Part shown: in pieces, positions 9,567 to 19,949 of the stretch
How positions within the stretch are numbered: position 1 is the first letter of the stretch
How the letters are laid out: each line of letters opens with the position of its first letter
From: a virus
Taxonomy: Duplodnaviria; Caudoviricetes
Reading direction: 5' to 3' (one strand)
Virus record (IMG/VR): IMGVR_UViG_3300031519_000069
Location: 1-39,226 of that record
Length of the DNA stretch: 39,226 bases
The notes under the pieces: generated by a model
What the model was told of the DNA's origin: nothing
The model's database searches: none
Seen by the model: the letters and a program-made list of their open reading frames with translations, nothing else
Translations under genes and position numbers: made by a program

Positions 9567-12500
9567 ATGCCTATATACGAAGTAGAAGCTCCCAACGGTA
9601 AAGTATATGAGATAGAGGGGCCAGAAGGTGCTACCTTGGAGCAGCTTGTTGCTGTTATTAACCAAGCCCCTGAACCCGAACTCCCTGAACCCGACTTTCT
9701 AGACCAGATCGAAGAGTTTGGTAAGGGTATTCCTAGGGGGATTATCGGGTTAGCTGAACAAGCTGCATTAGGTGGCGCTTCTATACTGACCGAAGAAGCT
9801 GAAGAAGATGTTCGTGAATCTATCCTCGATACCGCTGGTTCTGCCAGAGAGTACTTTGCACCCGACCGTGGCTCTGAAGATACCGTAGGTGGTAAGTTTG
9901 GTGAGGCAGTTGGGTCGTTTGCGGGTCTTGGTCTTGCTTCTTTAATTCCGGGCATTGGTATGCCCCTTGCTGGTGGGTTAGCTGTTGGCGCTGGTGCTGG
10001 TGAAGCTAGAGAACGTTCGCGTGCTGCTGATGCTACCGAAGGTGAACGCGGCTTTGCTACTGCGTTAGGTGCCGTAGTTGGTCTGTCCGAATTAATCCCG
10101 CTTAAAGTCCTAGGTGCACTCCGTAAAGACGTTGATGATAGCGTCGTTAAACAGATACTGGGTCGCGTTAAACGTGCTGGTATTGCAGGTGGTGCTGAAG
10201 GTGCACAGGAAATGGCTGCGGGTATAGCCCAGAACCTTATTGAGAAAGGCGTTTACAATCCTGAACAAGGAGTATTCACGGGTAGTGGTGAAGCGTTTGG
10301 CTATGGGGCAGGTGTTGGCGGCTTGGTTCAAGGGCTGCTTGATCTAGCACTACCTAAGTCAAGAGGTAGGGGCGACGTTGATCCAGAAGAAGTAACCGAA
10401 GAGTCTGTAGAAGAAACATTGCAGTTAGGGTACGACCCTTCAGCAGAAATAATCTTTGAAGATGGAAGTGTACTACGTGGTAACAGAGAGACAATAGAAG
10501 AAGCAGGATACGACTTCGATGAGGCGCGGCAGAACACTGAGTTCCGCGCTATAGCCAAAGCAAAAGAACAAGAAGCTATCATTGTAGAAGAAGCGCGTAC
10601 AAATGCTCTCCGTGAATCTTACGACAGAGCAAATACTCTCGGTGTACCTAATGCCCTGATAGAAGATGCTAATACCGAAGCGTCTATTATCTTTGAAGAT
10701 CGAGCAGAAAAAGCTAGGGCGGCAGCTCCTAAAGACATAGATCCTAGTAAGTTACCAGTACTTGCTGGTGCAGAGTTTATTACAGATTCCGAGGGCAAAA
10801 CGGTATCTAAAAAAGACTACGATAATAGGCTGCTTGAAGAAGAAGTAGAAACGCAAAAGGCTTTGATCGAAGAGTACCGTGAGTCGGTAGTAGTATCAGG
10901 TGACCAACCTGCAGCTAATGTACTCCAGCAAAGACAACTTGCTGATGAAGCACAAGCATTGGGCGCAGCGCAAGCAGAGTTAGCCGGTAGACCGCAAACA
11001 GATTTATTCCCACAGGCACTCACTACAGCAGAGGCGCAAGAAGCCAGAAGACCTGCGCCAGAACCTGCGCCAGAACCTACACAAAAGATCAGTCAGAAGT
11101 TCCTGAAAGACATTGGGATTGCTCCAACAGATACGCGCAACCGAAGAACTAAACCTATCTACCAAGATCTAATGACTAGGAAAGAAGTTTCTTTACCCTA
11201 CCTGAATGAAAAGTTAAAAGCGTATGTAGATAACCCAGACGTAAAAGATGCTCCGACTAAAGCTAAGATAAACGAGTTCTTGGGTGTGCCTCAGAACAAA
11301 CAGATCGAGCTTGCCTTTGGGGAAACCGAAACGGCAGAGACAGTAAAAGAAGTTACTACCCCATCAGGTACGATAGAAGAAACTATCACAGAGGAATCTG
11401 TCATAGGAGAAGCGAAAGAAGATACTGGGACAACACCCAAGAAGTTTGACATGAAGAGCCTTGAAGGGCTGTCTATCACAGAACAACTAAAGGTACTCGA
11501 AGGTAGGGGTGCACCTACTGAGTTTACTCCTGCGGCAGTTGTTGACGGACAACTTGAACTTGAAGGGTCTATTTCTGAGGCAGATCTTGAGCAACAAGGC
11601 GAGCAAAGACGTTTCGTAAACCAAGTCAGTAGGGATATGCAGCGTCAAGAACTGGATACTAAGCCGCTAACTATTGGCGAGCGTGCAGAAGCTGTGATGA
11701 AGTCGCCTTTGGGTATAGAACCTGCACTAGCTAATGTGCCCCCAGAGTATCGTAAACAAGTTACTGCCGCAGTAGAAACCGAGCGAACTATCCGAGAAGC
11801 TATGGCGCAAAAAACTGCTGACGAAAAAGCTGTTAAGCAAAGGAAAGCTAACGCAGCGGTAACGGAAGGCGCTAAAAATAAAAAGATTAAAGTACCTGAA
11901 TTGTCAGGCACTGCTCAGAAACGCCCGAAAACAAAGTCTAGAACTAAGCTGAAATCATTACCCGAAGACGTTGTAAAAGAAGCTAACGAACGTATGGCTA
12001 AAGGCGAATCGGGTTCCGTAAACGAGATAATAACGAAGGTCAAAGAAGACCTAGGTATACCTAGATTCCAAGACGGTGTTGATACCCCCCTACCAGATTC
12101 GGTAATACAACAATTGAAAGAGGGTAATCTCAAAGAGGCGCTAGAGCTTGTTAGTAAGTCAGAAGTTGACCCTATAATTAAGCGGTTGGCTAAACAGTTC
12201 TCTACGATGGTAGGCACTACTAAAGTTGCCATCGTACCTGCGAACCCAGAAGATATCTCCGGTAAAGACAACTACTACGAACTAAAGAATAAACAGACCG
12301 CGATAGCGTACCGACAAGTGTTAAATAAGTTAGGCGAAAAGAACAAAACGCGCATACCGGGGATGTACCAACCAGTAAGTACTGACAAGGGTTTAAAACA
12401 CTTTAACGACATAATTTTGTTAGATGAGGTAGTAGGACTTACCCCTGCCACATTAATGCACGAGATGGCTCATGCGGTAACTTATGCAACATTGCAGAAC

Positions 12501-15500
12501 CCCTCACACCCTCTTACTAAGCAGATAACTAAGCTGTTTAAAGAAGTTGAACCAAAACTATCTAGCGTAAACGGCACTGATAATGTACTAGAGTTTGTTG
12601 CGGAGGCTTACGGTAGTCAGGAGTTTATCCAAGAACTATCTAAGATACAGGTTCAGGTGAAAGGTAAGTTTATAAGTGCTCTACAAGCCCTTTACAATAA
12701 TATAAGTAACTTCATACGTAGCAAACTTGGTCTAGCCCCTGTCGAGTTATCCAAAACAGATGCCTTTACCGAACTAGATACCCTACTGCAAAAAATTATA
12801 GCCCCTGCTTCAGATATGCAAGGTGCTGGTGACCTGCTGCAAAACTCTACCGACCCAGAAGTCAGAGCGTTGATGCGTAAGATGGGTAACGTGCAGAAAG
12901 ATTTTAAGGCACCCACCAAGAAGTTTCGGGAAGACTTTATTAACCAATCGGATAAGTTCCTACGGAGCGGCGTATCCGGTAAAACCCGCCGTGCCTTCCT
13001 AGGCTTCATGCCTTCACAGGCTTTGGCAGACATAGCAGGTAGCTATAACAAGAAGTTAGGTGATTTAGGTCAACGACTACACAGGTTGATGGAAGAGCAG
13101 CGCGGTGAGTTGAACAAGAAAGACAACGCTGCCGATGGCACCATGAAACAAGTAGATGAGTGGGCTAAAAATAATCAAGCCGCCGTGCCCCTGCTAGATG
13201 ACGTTATAACCGAAAGCACCCTAGAAGGTGTTGACCCCTCCAAGCCTAGAAGCACCTACGAAAAGAATGCAGCAAAGTTAGCGATCTGGAAAGGGCTGCA
13301 ACCTAAATGGAACAAGCTCAAAGAAAGCGGTGGGCAAGACATCTACGTAGGTATGCGAGATTCTTACGCCAAGCTGTACAAAGAACTGATTGCTGTCATC
13401 AACAAACGTATTGACGGGCTTGACGTAGACAAAGAAAACAAAGAAAAGTTACGTAAATCTGTCTTCGATAAGATAACTGATCGGGCTGGTACAGATCCTT
13501 ACTTCCCACTAATGCGCTCCGGGGATTACAAACTTAGCTTCCAAGCCTATAACGAAGCAACAGATAGCACTGAACCTGTGTTCTTGATGTTTGAAAGTCC
13601 TAGAGAGCGTGATAAGTACGTTAAAAACGAGTTAGAGAATAACGATACCGTAGAACGAGATGGGGAAGGTGCGTTGGTATATAGCGAGTATGATGGTAAT
13701 GACTCTCCGACATACAAGAAAACCACCTCTGCCAGTTTTGTTAACGAAGTGCTGGAGATCCTAGAGACGGCAAAAGTAGATGCAGCGGTTAGGAATCAAA
13801 TACTGAATTCGTTCATAGAGACGTTACCCGAAACATCTTTTGCTAAGAACTTTCAGAGACGGGAAGGGGTTGCTGGCTTCGACCAAGATCATATAAGGGT
13901 TATGCGATCTAAGATATACGATATTGGGCGGCAAGTTACGCGTCTAGATTACACCAATCGCATAACGAAGATGCAGCAACAGATACTCGGTACTGACCCT
14001 GATAACCTTGATGGCACGTTAGCCGGTTTAAAGAACCGTGAAGGTACCCTTAAAGATATACAAGCAGAATTAGAAGCTCGGGCAGAGTTCGCCATGCGGC
14101 CACCTAAAGATGGTTTTGCTCAGTCAGCTAACCGTGCTGCATTTATATGGACTATTGGGTTTAACACTTCTTCTGCGCTGGTCAACCTATCTCAGGTGCC
14201 ACTGTTCGTACTGCCTATGTTGGGCGGTAAACACGGTTTCCGTAGTGCAAGCAAAGCAATTACTGAAGCGGCGGGTCTAGTATCTGGCACGCTCCTCTCC
14301 AGCAAAACAAGGTCACGCCGTATTCGCGGTATTGTGCCCTTTGGTAAGAACGATACGGTCGATGCTTTCGCAATGCCCTCTATGGACAACTTGTTCGAGA
14401 TGGATGAAGCGGGTAACTACACTGTACGTAAAGACATTGAAGGCTATGCAGAGCGTAGGAAAGAACTTGAAGAGATCCTACCGCTTGTCCAACTTGCAGC
14501 AGAACGTGGACAGCTCAACCGATCCCTGTTTGCAGATAGCTTGGGTCTAGATTCTTCTGGGCGAGACAAGAGTGTTATCGATAGAATAAGTGGGTGGTCA
14601 GCATTTATGTTCCATCAGGTGGAGCAGTACAACCGCCAAGTGACAATGCTTGCAGCGTACAAGTTAGAGTTAGCCCGTATTAACGATCCAAAAAGAGCTA
14701 CCAAAGCAGAACAAGCCATGTCTACGGCTAAGAAGAGAGAACTCGCTGCTCAAAACTCGTTATTCGAGGCGCAGCAATTGAACGGTGGTTCAGTCTTAGA
14801 AACTGCTCCTCGGTTTGCCCAGAAAGGTATAGGCCGAGTTGCTCTGATGTATAAGACGTACGGCATACAGATGTACTACACGATGATTAAGACAGCGGTA
14901 GCTGGGTTGCGTCGGGAGAATGACCCCGAGGTTCGGAAGGCTGCGCTCAGACAGTTGGTTGCAGTGCATGGTTCAGCGTTGTTCTTTGCAGGGGTGCAGG
15001 GGTTACCACTCTTCGGTGCATTCACTATGATCGCTAACTTGTTCTTGGATGAGGATGAGGATGATGCAGAGACCATCGTACGTAAGCATATCGGAGAGGG
15101 TTGGTATAAGGGTGCTCTAACAGAACTGCTTGACGTAGATGTATCGCAACGGGTTGCTCTCACTAACTTGTTATTCCAAGTAAACCGTTACAACCGAGAT
15201 GCCTCACCAGAAGAGACGCTAGGGTATTACTTAGGTGGCCCTGCATGGAGTGTTAGTAAGTCGTTTATCCGAGGCACAGGCGAGCTTATTAACGGAAACA
15301 TGGAGCGCGGTATCGAGGCGATGGTGCCGGGGGCAGTCCGTAATGGTTTGAAGGCAATACGTTATACGGAAGAGGGTGCCTTAACGCGACGTAAAGATCC
15401 TATCCTTGACGACATTACCGGTGGGCAGCTTATTTCACAGGTGGTAGGTTTTGCCCCCGCTGAGTACGCAAGACGGCAAGAAGAGAACCAAGGGGTTAAG

Positions 15501-15800
15501 CGTATAGAGAATACTTTACGTACTAACCGAGGCAAGCTACTCAAGCAATACTACCTCGCCATGCGTATGGGAGACTACGAAGAAGCTCGGGATGTCAAAC
15601 AAGATATCTTGGACTTCAATAAGCGTGTAAGTAGGAAGTTCCCGAAAGCAATTATTACATCGGATTCAGTTGCACGTTCTATGAGATCGCACATGCGTAC
15701 TTCTGCCACCATGCACAACGGTATTGCAATAAGCCCTATGTTCCGAAGGTCTCTACAAGAACACTTAGACGACAGTTCGCCTATTACGCTCGACGATTAG
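9567..15800 (+). CDS. Large polyvalent-type internal virion/ejection protein (2077 aa) with an HExxH metallopeptidase-like domain
   Basis: N-terminal MPIYEVEAPNGKVYEIEGPEGAT, Gly/Ala-rich hydrophobic segments, LMHEMAH...EFVAEA zincin-like motif (12459-12473) and a large helical C-terminal domain. Last gene of the structural arm. Confidence 0.65.
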   Translation: MPIYEVEAPNGKVYEIEGPEGATLEQLVAVINQAPEPELPEPDFLDQIEEFGKGIPRGIIGLAEQAALGGASILTEEAEEDVRESILDTAGSAREYFAPDRGSEDTVGGKFGEAVGSFAGLGLASLIPGIGMPLAGGLAVGAGAGEARERSRAADATEGERGFATALGAVVGLSELIPLKVLGALRKDVDDSVVKQILGRVKRAGIAGGAEGAQEMAAGIAQNLIEKGVYNPEQGVFTGSGEAFGYGAGVGGLVQGLLDLALPKSRGRGDVDPEEVTEESVEETLQLGYDPSAEIIFEDGSVLRGNRETIEEAGYDFDEARQNTEFRAIAKAKEQEAIIVEEARTNALRESYDRANTLGVPNALIEDANTEASIIFEDRAEKARAAAPKDIDPSKLPVLAGAEFITDSEGKTVSKKDYDNRLLEEEVETQKALIEEYRESVVVSGDQPAANVLQQRQLADEAQALGAAQAELAGRPQTDLFPQALTTAEAQEARRPAPEPAPEPTQKISQKFLKDIGIAPTDTRNRRTKPIYQDLMTRKEVSLPYLNEKLKAYVDNPDVKDAPTKAKINEFLGVPQNKQIELAFGETETAETVKEVTTPSGTIEETITEESVIGEAKEDTGTTPKKFDMKSLEGLSITEQLKVLEGRGAPTEFTPAAVVDGQLELEGSISEADLEQQGEQRRFVNQVSRDMQRQELDTKPLTIGERAEAVMKSPLGIEPALANVPPEYRKQVTAAVETERTIREAMAQKTADEKAVKQRKANAAVTEGAKNKKIKVPELSGTAQKRPKTKSRTKLKSLPEDVVKEANERMAKGESGSVNEIITKVKEDLGIPRFQDGVDTPLPDSVIQQLKEGNLKEALELVSKSEVDPIIKRLAKQFSTMVGTTKVAIVPANPEDISGKDNYYELKNKQTAIAYRQVLNKLGEKNKTRIPGMYQPVSTDKGLKHFNDIILLDEVVGLTPATLMHEMAHAVTYATLQNPSHPLTKQITKLFKEVEPKLSSVNGTDNVLEFVAEAYGSQEFIQELSKIQVQVKGKFISALQALYNNISNFIRSKLGLAPVELSKTDAFTELDTLLQKIIAPASDMQGAGDLLQNSTDPEVRALMRKMGNVQKDFKAPTKKFREDFINQSDKFLRSGVSGKTRRAFLGFMPSQALADIAGSYNKKLGDLGQRLHRLMEEQRGELNKKDNAADGTMKQVDEWAKNNQAAVPLLDDVITESTLEGVDPSKPRSTYEKNAAKLAIWKGLQPKWNKLKESGGQDIYVGMRDSYAKLYKELIAVINKRIDGLDVDKENKEKLRKSVFDKITDRAGTDPYFPLMRSGDYKLSFQAYNEATDSTEPVFLMFESPRERDKYVKNELENNDTVERDGEGALVYSEYDGNDSPTYKKTTSASFVNEVLEILETAKVDAAVRNQILNSFIETLPETSFAKNFQRREGVAGFDQDHIRVMRSKIYDIGRQVTRLDYTNRITKMQQQILGTDPDNLDGTLAGLKNREGTLKDIQAELEARAEFAMRPPKDGFAQSANRAAFIWTIGFNTSSALVNLSQVPLFVLPMLGGKHGFRSASKAITEAAGLVSGTLLSSKTRSRRIRGIVPFGKNDTVDAFAMPSMDNLFEMDEAGNYTVRKDIEGYAERRKELEEILPLVQLAAERGQLNRSLFADSLGLDSSGRDKSVIDRISGWSAFMFHQVEQYNRQVTMLAAYKLELARINDPKRATKAEQAMSTAKKRELAAQNSLFEAQQLNGGSVLETAPRFAQKGIGRVALMYKTYGIQMYYTMIKTAVAGLRRENDPEVRKAALRQLVAVHGSALFFAGVQGLPLFGAFTMIANLFLDEDEDDAETIVRKHIGEGWYKGALTELLDVDVSQRVALTNLLFQVNRYNRDASPEETLGYYLGGPAWSVSKSFIRGTGELINGNMERGIEAMVPGAVRNGLKAIRYTEEGALTRRKDPILDDITGGQLISQVVGFAPAEYARRQEENQGVKRIENTLRTNRGKLLKQYYLAMRMGDYEEARDVKQDILDFNKRVSRKFPKAIITSDSVARSMRSHMRTSATMHNGIAISPMFRRSLQEHLDDSSPITLDD

Positions 15801-15943
15801 TTATCTAAGTGGCGTTGTTCTTTGTCGAGTATTTGTAGCGTACTCAATATGATCTGGTCGTCACCAGCATCTAACACGTTACTGTCACGCAGCTTAATAA
15901 GAGTCATCCACGCGAGTAATAGTTCAGTTTTGTTTGCTTCCAT
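15797..15943 (-). CDS. Small hypothetical protein (48 aa; below the ORF-track cutoff)
   Basis: TAAGGAG SD then ATG: MEANKTELLLAWMTLIKLRDSNVLDAGDDQIILSTLQILDKEQRHLDN*. Its stop overlaps the stop of the convergent 2077-aa gene. Confidence 0.6.
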   Translation of the reverse strand: MEANKTELLLAWMTLIKLRDSNVLDAGDDQIILSTLQILDKEQRHLDN

Positions 15944-15970
15944 CAGGAACTCCTTAGTGTAGGAGTTAGG

Positions 15971-15991
15971 AAACCCCCTCCGAAGAGGGGG
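15971..15991 (-). terminator. Putative weak intrinsic terminator / stable hairpin
   Basis: CCCCCTC-TTCG-GAGGGGG-TTT on the - strand: C(UUCG)G tetraloop, short U tract. Confidence 0.55.
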
Positions 15992-16058
15992 CGCTCAGAG
16001 AGCAGGAGGATGACAGCACGAAGTGTGAGAAGGAGGACGAACTGTCGAGCTAAATATA

Positions 16059-16286
16059 TCACAATACCCGCCATACACGAACCCCTAATTTGCCACTCTC
16101 CACCCTAACTCTAGTTTCTATAGCCCAGCCTTTTTTCTTTGTGATGGCCTTGGCTTGCTTTACAGCTTGTGGAGTATTGATGCACGGTACAAATATAGAT
16201 GAGCCGACAACCATACTCCCCCAATCAATTATAATCTGAACGCCGTCAGGCGATAGATCAAACGTTCTCAATACTCCCCTCTTCAT
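16059..16286 (-). CDS. Hypothetical phage protein (~75 aa)
   Basis: Probable ATG at 16286 after GAGGGTG, overlapping the primase 3' end (track start 16313). Ends in GVRVWRVL. Confidence 0.6.
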   Translation of the reverse strand: MKRGVLRTFDLSPDGVQIIIDWGSMVVGSSIFVPCINTPQAVKQAKAITKKKGWAIETRVRVESGKLGVRVWRVL

Positions 16287-19089
16287 CGTCACCCTCAGAA
16301 AATTGAACTGCAATCACATCTGTTGGGGGCATATTTAGTTGGGTGCCTTTGCTCAAACGCATCTTCATCCGCTTGGCTCCTAGCTTTTCGACAAGATCAT
16401 TTATGAACGCCCCGTAGTTTATCTGCTGCTCCCCACACCACAACCGCAACGGCTTGGGTACTAGGTAGAGCTTCTTAATATCAGTCTCATATCGCGCCAC
16501 CAGTTTGTTGCGGGGTACAGCCTCCGGTAAAATTATGGACTCCATAGCAGTGCCGTCAATCTTCCGCAGGTCGCTAGTGCTCTTTATACGCAGGATGTTA
16601 TCGATATGCTCGTTGACATATTCGTTAAGGGTTTGCTCGATAGAGACAGCCATGTCATGCGCCTTGGCCTTATTCTCTAACAACATGCTAACCGTCCAAT
16701 CAGTAAGCGCCGGTATGTCAAACCGAATAAGACCTAGCTGTTTTGCGATAATAGCCCCTGCCAAAGTAAGTGTTGCATGTACTGACCAGAATCGGTTTTC
16801 TGAAGACAGCCCTGCTTTCTTATCGATACGAATCTGGATCTCCCGTATCAACCGCTTAACCTCGTCTAGATTGTTGATGACATACTGCACGAACACTGGC
16901 CCCGCGTGCCCGTAGCACTTACCTAACGCACGGCTGAAATCATCGGTCTCTTCCTTACTACTAGAACCGGTAAACATCTTCTCAACACGTACCTCAAGTA
17001 TCCTCTGCGCTTCGGCATTTGGATTCTCTTTCTTCATACGGATACGCTCTATGATACTGGTGTTCCCCGTCGTCAACGCAAGAAGGCTCCAAGACTCACC
17101 CCGCAACCGCTCTGCGTTACCCCCACTAATAAGCCTGCCCCTCTGCTTACCCGTGGTGAACTGCAACGCCAACGTACTCAACGCTTCACTCTTTGCATTA
17201 GTCAACTCGTCAATGAGCAGCGGTAGGTTATGCAATACTTCAGAACGATTCATCTTGGTGTTGTGCGTATCCTGCTCGTTAATCACTAACTCTGCTGGGT
17301 CACCCCATATAGATGCAGATGCTTTCATGGCGGTTGTTTTACCTAAACCAGATTCCTTACTGTAAAGGTGTAATGCAGAACAAGCGATATCATCTATGAA
17401 CTGCATCAAGACAGATCCAAACCCAGTACAAGTAGCATACTGATGTAATTCAAATCCCGGCTTATTGTAAAAGTTAATTACCTCTCGCCACTCATCTAAC
17501 GTACCCTGCGGCTCAAATGCGGGGAACATACCCGCTGTGGCCTTAGAAGGTGGGTTAAATACCACCTCATCTTTCAGGATCATCTGGTTACCCAGTACAA
17601 ACCCTGTTGCCTCGTCGTCTATCCAACCAAATTGTCTATATGCTTTATCGGCCACTTCCTTCTCCTGTAGTTCATTTACCCAAGTTGTGATGTATTCCAT
17701 CAATTTTTCCACTCTTGAAACAGCTACCCCGTGCATGGACATGTTCTTTCTAAGTTCTTCCTTAGATGTAACTGCCGTTAAAGGCAGAGTGAACTCCCGT
17801 ACACCGTCTCTAGGTAGATGCAGACGTACCACCACAGATTCACCTAACTCTAAATCTACGATGCGCTTAACAATATAGATATCGTTATGGTAAATCCGTT
17901 CTTCGTTTTCGTTTCCTTCCGAATCTTGTGACCGTATGTAAACTCCCCCGTTCGTACCTCTAATATATGGGAACGGGTACTTAGGTATTACATAGGTATT
18001 GACCGGTGCATTAGGTAGGTCTAAAGCAGGTGCTTCGACCGTATTTTCCTCTTCTGTAGCTTCTCTAACGCGCTTACCGATATGCAAAGGTGACCTGTAT
18101 TTGCCCCTATTTGGACACTGTAAACACGTTTCTGGTTCAGTTTCCTCGAATTTAACGCAGGTATAACGTTTGTCGGACGTTAAGTTATCCCACTTTGAAT
18201 CAGTCTCTTCAGGGTCATAACCGTCGTAACCCTTCGATATCTTGTGTGCCTTCTCTCTTGACCCATCGCTACAGGCTTTTAACACCGATAGCATCCCACG
18301 CCATATAGGCTCCGAAACTCCATTAGGGTTGGTTAGTGCTTTCTGTATCTGGGCGCACCCTTCCCCTTGGCTCGTCTTGAGTAGTATGTCTTTGAACCGA
18401 TACTCACGGTTCGACAACGCCGCGTTCATTACGGCGTTAGCCCCATCAAATCTTTTTGTGGGAACTGGTATCAAGTCATTTCCAAGCAGCCTTGAAAATA
18501 AATCAAAGTCAACCAAGGTCGGTAGGTGGGTACCTACGAAATCAACCTCTGCGGGAATTTCGGGTTTGTAGTTGTGGGTTCTGGGTATACGTAATACCCG
18601 TGCTGCATCCGCTGTAACTGCGGGGTCAGCTAGAAAGTTGTTCTCTGCACATAACTGCTTTAGCCTGAGTGCCACTGGCAACCAGTCATCTAAGGGTACT
18701 GCTTCTGACAACACCCAGTATACGTGAATGCCGCGTCCTGAATTAATCAGTAACGGGCGAGGTAGTTGAAGCTGCTTACAAAACACTTTAAGTTGTGCTA
18801 ACGCTTCTGTCTGCGATACGAAATCTTTGGATGGGCCACAATCGAGGTCTAGGAAAAATGATTTTAGATGTTGTACGTTATCTACTTTGCGGGATTTGGC
18901 TTCTTTAAAACTAGCTAACGCAAAATAAACATCATACCCCTTGGTATCTAAATCCTGTGCCGCATCAACCACGTCATCTACAGAGTCAAAGAACTGTTGG
19001 CTCCTTCTATCCGCAGATGTGTTAGATGCAAAAACACAATACGATCCACTCTCTGGTAGCGCCTCCTTTAAAAATATTGCTGTTTCCAT
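16258..19089 (-). CDS. DNA primase-helicase: N-terminal AEP-type primase, Cys cluster, DUF927-like P-loop ATPase/helicase
   Basis: FFLDLD, SGRGIHVYW and DAARVLRIP (AEP motifs); C..F....P..C..C; Walker A ESGLGKTT; Walker B LLIDE. Confidence 0.8.
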   Translation of the reverse strand: METAIFLKEALPESGSYCVFASNTSADRRSQQFFDSVDDVVDAAQDLDTKGYDVYFALASFKEAKSRKVDNVQHLKSFFLDLDCGPSKDFVSQTEALAQLKVFCKQLQLPRPLLINSGRGIHVYWVLSEAVPLDDWLPVALRLKQLCAENNFLADPAVTADAARVLRIPRTHNYKPEIPAEVDFVGTHLPTLVDFDLFSRLLGNDLIPVPTKRFDGANAVMNAALSNREYRFKDILLKTSQGEGCAQIQKALTNPNGVSEPIWRGMLSVLKACSDGSREKAHKISKGYDGYDPEETDSKWDNLTSDKRYTCVKFEETEPETCLQCPNRGKYRSPLHIGKRVREATEEENTVEAPALDLPNAPVNTYVIPKYPFPYIRGTNGGVYIRSQDSEGNENEERIYHNDIYIVKRIVDLELGESVVVRLHLPRDGVREFTLPLTAVTSKEELRKNMSMHGVAVSRVEKLMEYITTWVNELQEKEVADKAYRQFGWIDDEATGFVLGNQMILKDEVVFNPPSKATAGMFPAFEPQGTLDEWREVINFYNKPGFELHQYATCTGFGSVLMQFIDDIACSALHLYSKESGLGKTTAMKASASIWGDPAELVINEQDTHNTKMNRSEVLHNLPLLIDELTNAKSEALSTLALQFTTGKQRGRLISGGNAERLRGESWSLLALTTGNTSIIERIRMKKENPNAEAQRILEVRVEKMFTGSSSKEETDDFSRALGKCYGHAGPVFVQYVINNLDEVKRLIREIQIRIDKKAGLSSENRFWSVHATLTLAGAIIAKQLGLIRFDIPALTDWTVSMLLENKAKAHDMAVSIEQTLNEYVNEHIDNILRIKSTSDLRKIDGTAMESIILPEAVPRNKLVARYETDIKKLYLVPKPLRLWCGEQQINYGAFINDLVEKLGAKRMKMRLSKGTQLNMPPTDVIAVQFSEGDDEEGSIENV

Positions 19090-19205
19090 AAGATAGATCC
19101 GAAAGACACCACGGCAGGGGCATTGCTACGCCCTCTTCGACTAATCTAGCCGTGGGTACTGTTAATGAATGGGCTTCTTCTAGAAGAGACCCAAATTAAT
19201 CGGGA

Positions 19206-19931
19206 CTAGTCGTCCCAAGCATCAACAAGGTCACTCAGATCTTCTTTCTCTTTCGGTGCAGCCGTTTTAACTTTGGCCGCTTTCTTCTTTGGTTCTTCGA
19301 TAGGTTCTTCTGCTGGTTCATCAAATGCGTCATCGATATCACTATCAACTTCTACCACCGAACTGCTTTCGGTTTCGACCTCTGCAAAAGGATTCTCATC
19401 TTCCTCTGCAATATCGTCAGCATTAAATCCGTCTACAGAATCAAAGGGAGACGCAACTTGTACAGGCAGGTACTTAGTTACCTGAACCGCACGTAACCGC
19501 AACGATACCCCAGCACTTGCCATGCTGTAGGGCACCAAGACAACCGCAAGGTTTACCGTACTGCCAGAAGTTAACTGGAAGTCCTCTGGTAACTCTTTGT
19601 TCTTGGCATCGTATTGCTTGGGCTTATTGGTAGCGTCTTTACCGTACGCCCCTTTAAGTTTTGCTTTGCCGATGTACATACCGTCATCGTCTTTTGTAAA
19701 AGGCATAGGGAACTTTTCAGGCCACTTCGCCTCACGCTTCTCTTTGTAGAAAGCCGCCATAGCAGCCATGAGTGCCTTGGCTTTATCTTGATTCATCTTG
19801 AAAGACATTTCGTATGCAGCACCATCATCCAATGGGTCGCATGGAACACTGCGGTTCTCACCACTGTCAAACTTGTATGTCTTATTGATACGTGGGTAAA
19901 GTGCTTCTACATTTCCAATCTTGTAATTCAT
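19206..19931 (-). CDS. Single-stranded DNA-binding protein (T7 gp2.5/DUF2815-like)
   Basis: OB-fold-like core (GVSLRLRAVQV), long acidic tail ending in aromatic AWDD. Probable ATG at 19931 after GGAG (track start 19949). Confidence 0.65.
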   Translation of the reverse strand: MNYKIGNVEALYPRINKTYKFDSGENRSVPCDPLDDGAAYEMSFKMNQDKAKALMAAMAAFYKEKREAKWPEKFPMPFTKDDDGMYIGKAKLKGAYGKDATNKPKQYDAKNKELPEDFQLTSGSTVNLAVVLVPYSMASAGVSLRLRAVQVTKYLPVQVASPFDSVDGFNADDIAEEDENPFAEVETESSSVVEVDSDIDDAFDEPAEEPIEEPKKKAAKVKTAAPKEKEDLSDLVDAWDD

Positions 19932-19949
19932 ATATGTTTCTCCAAACAT

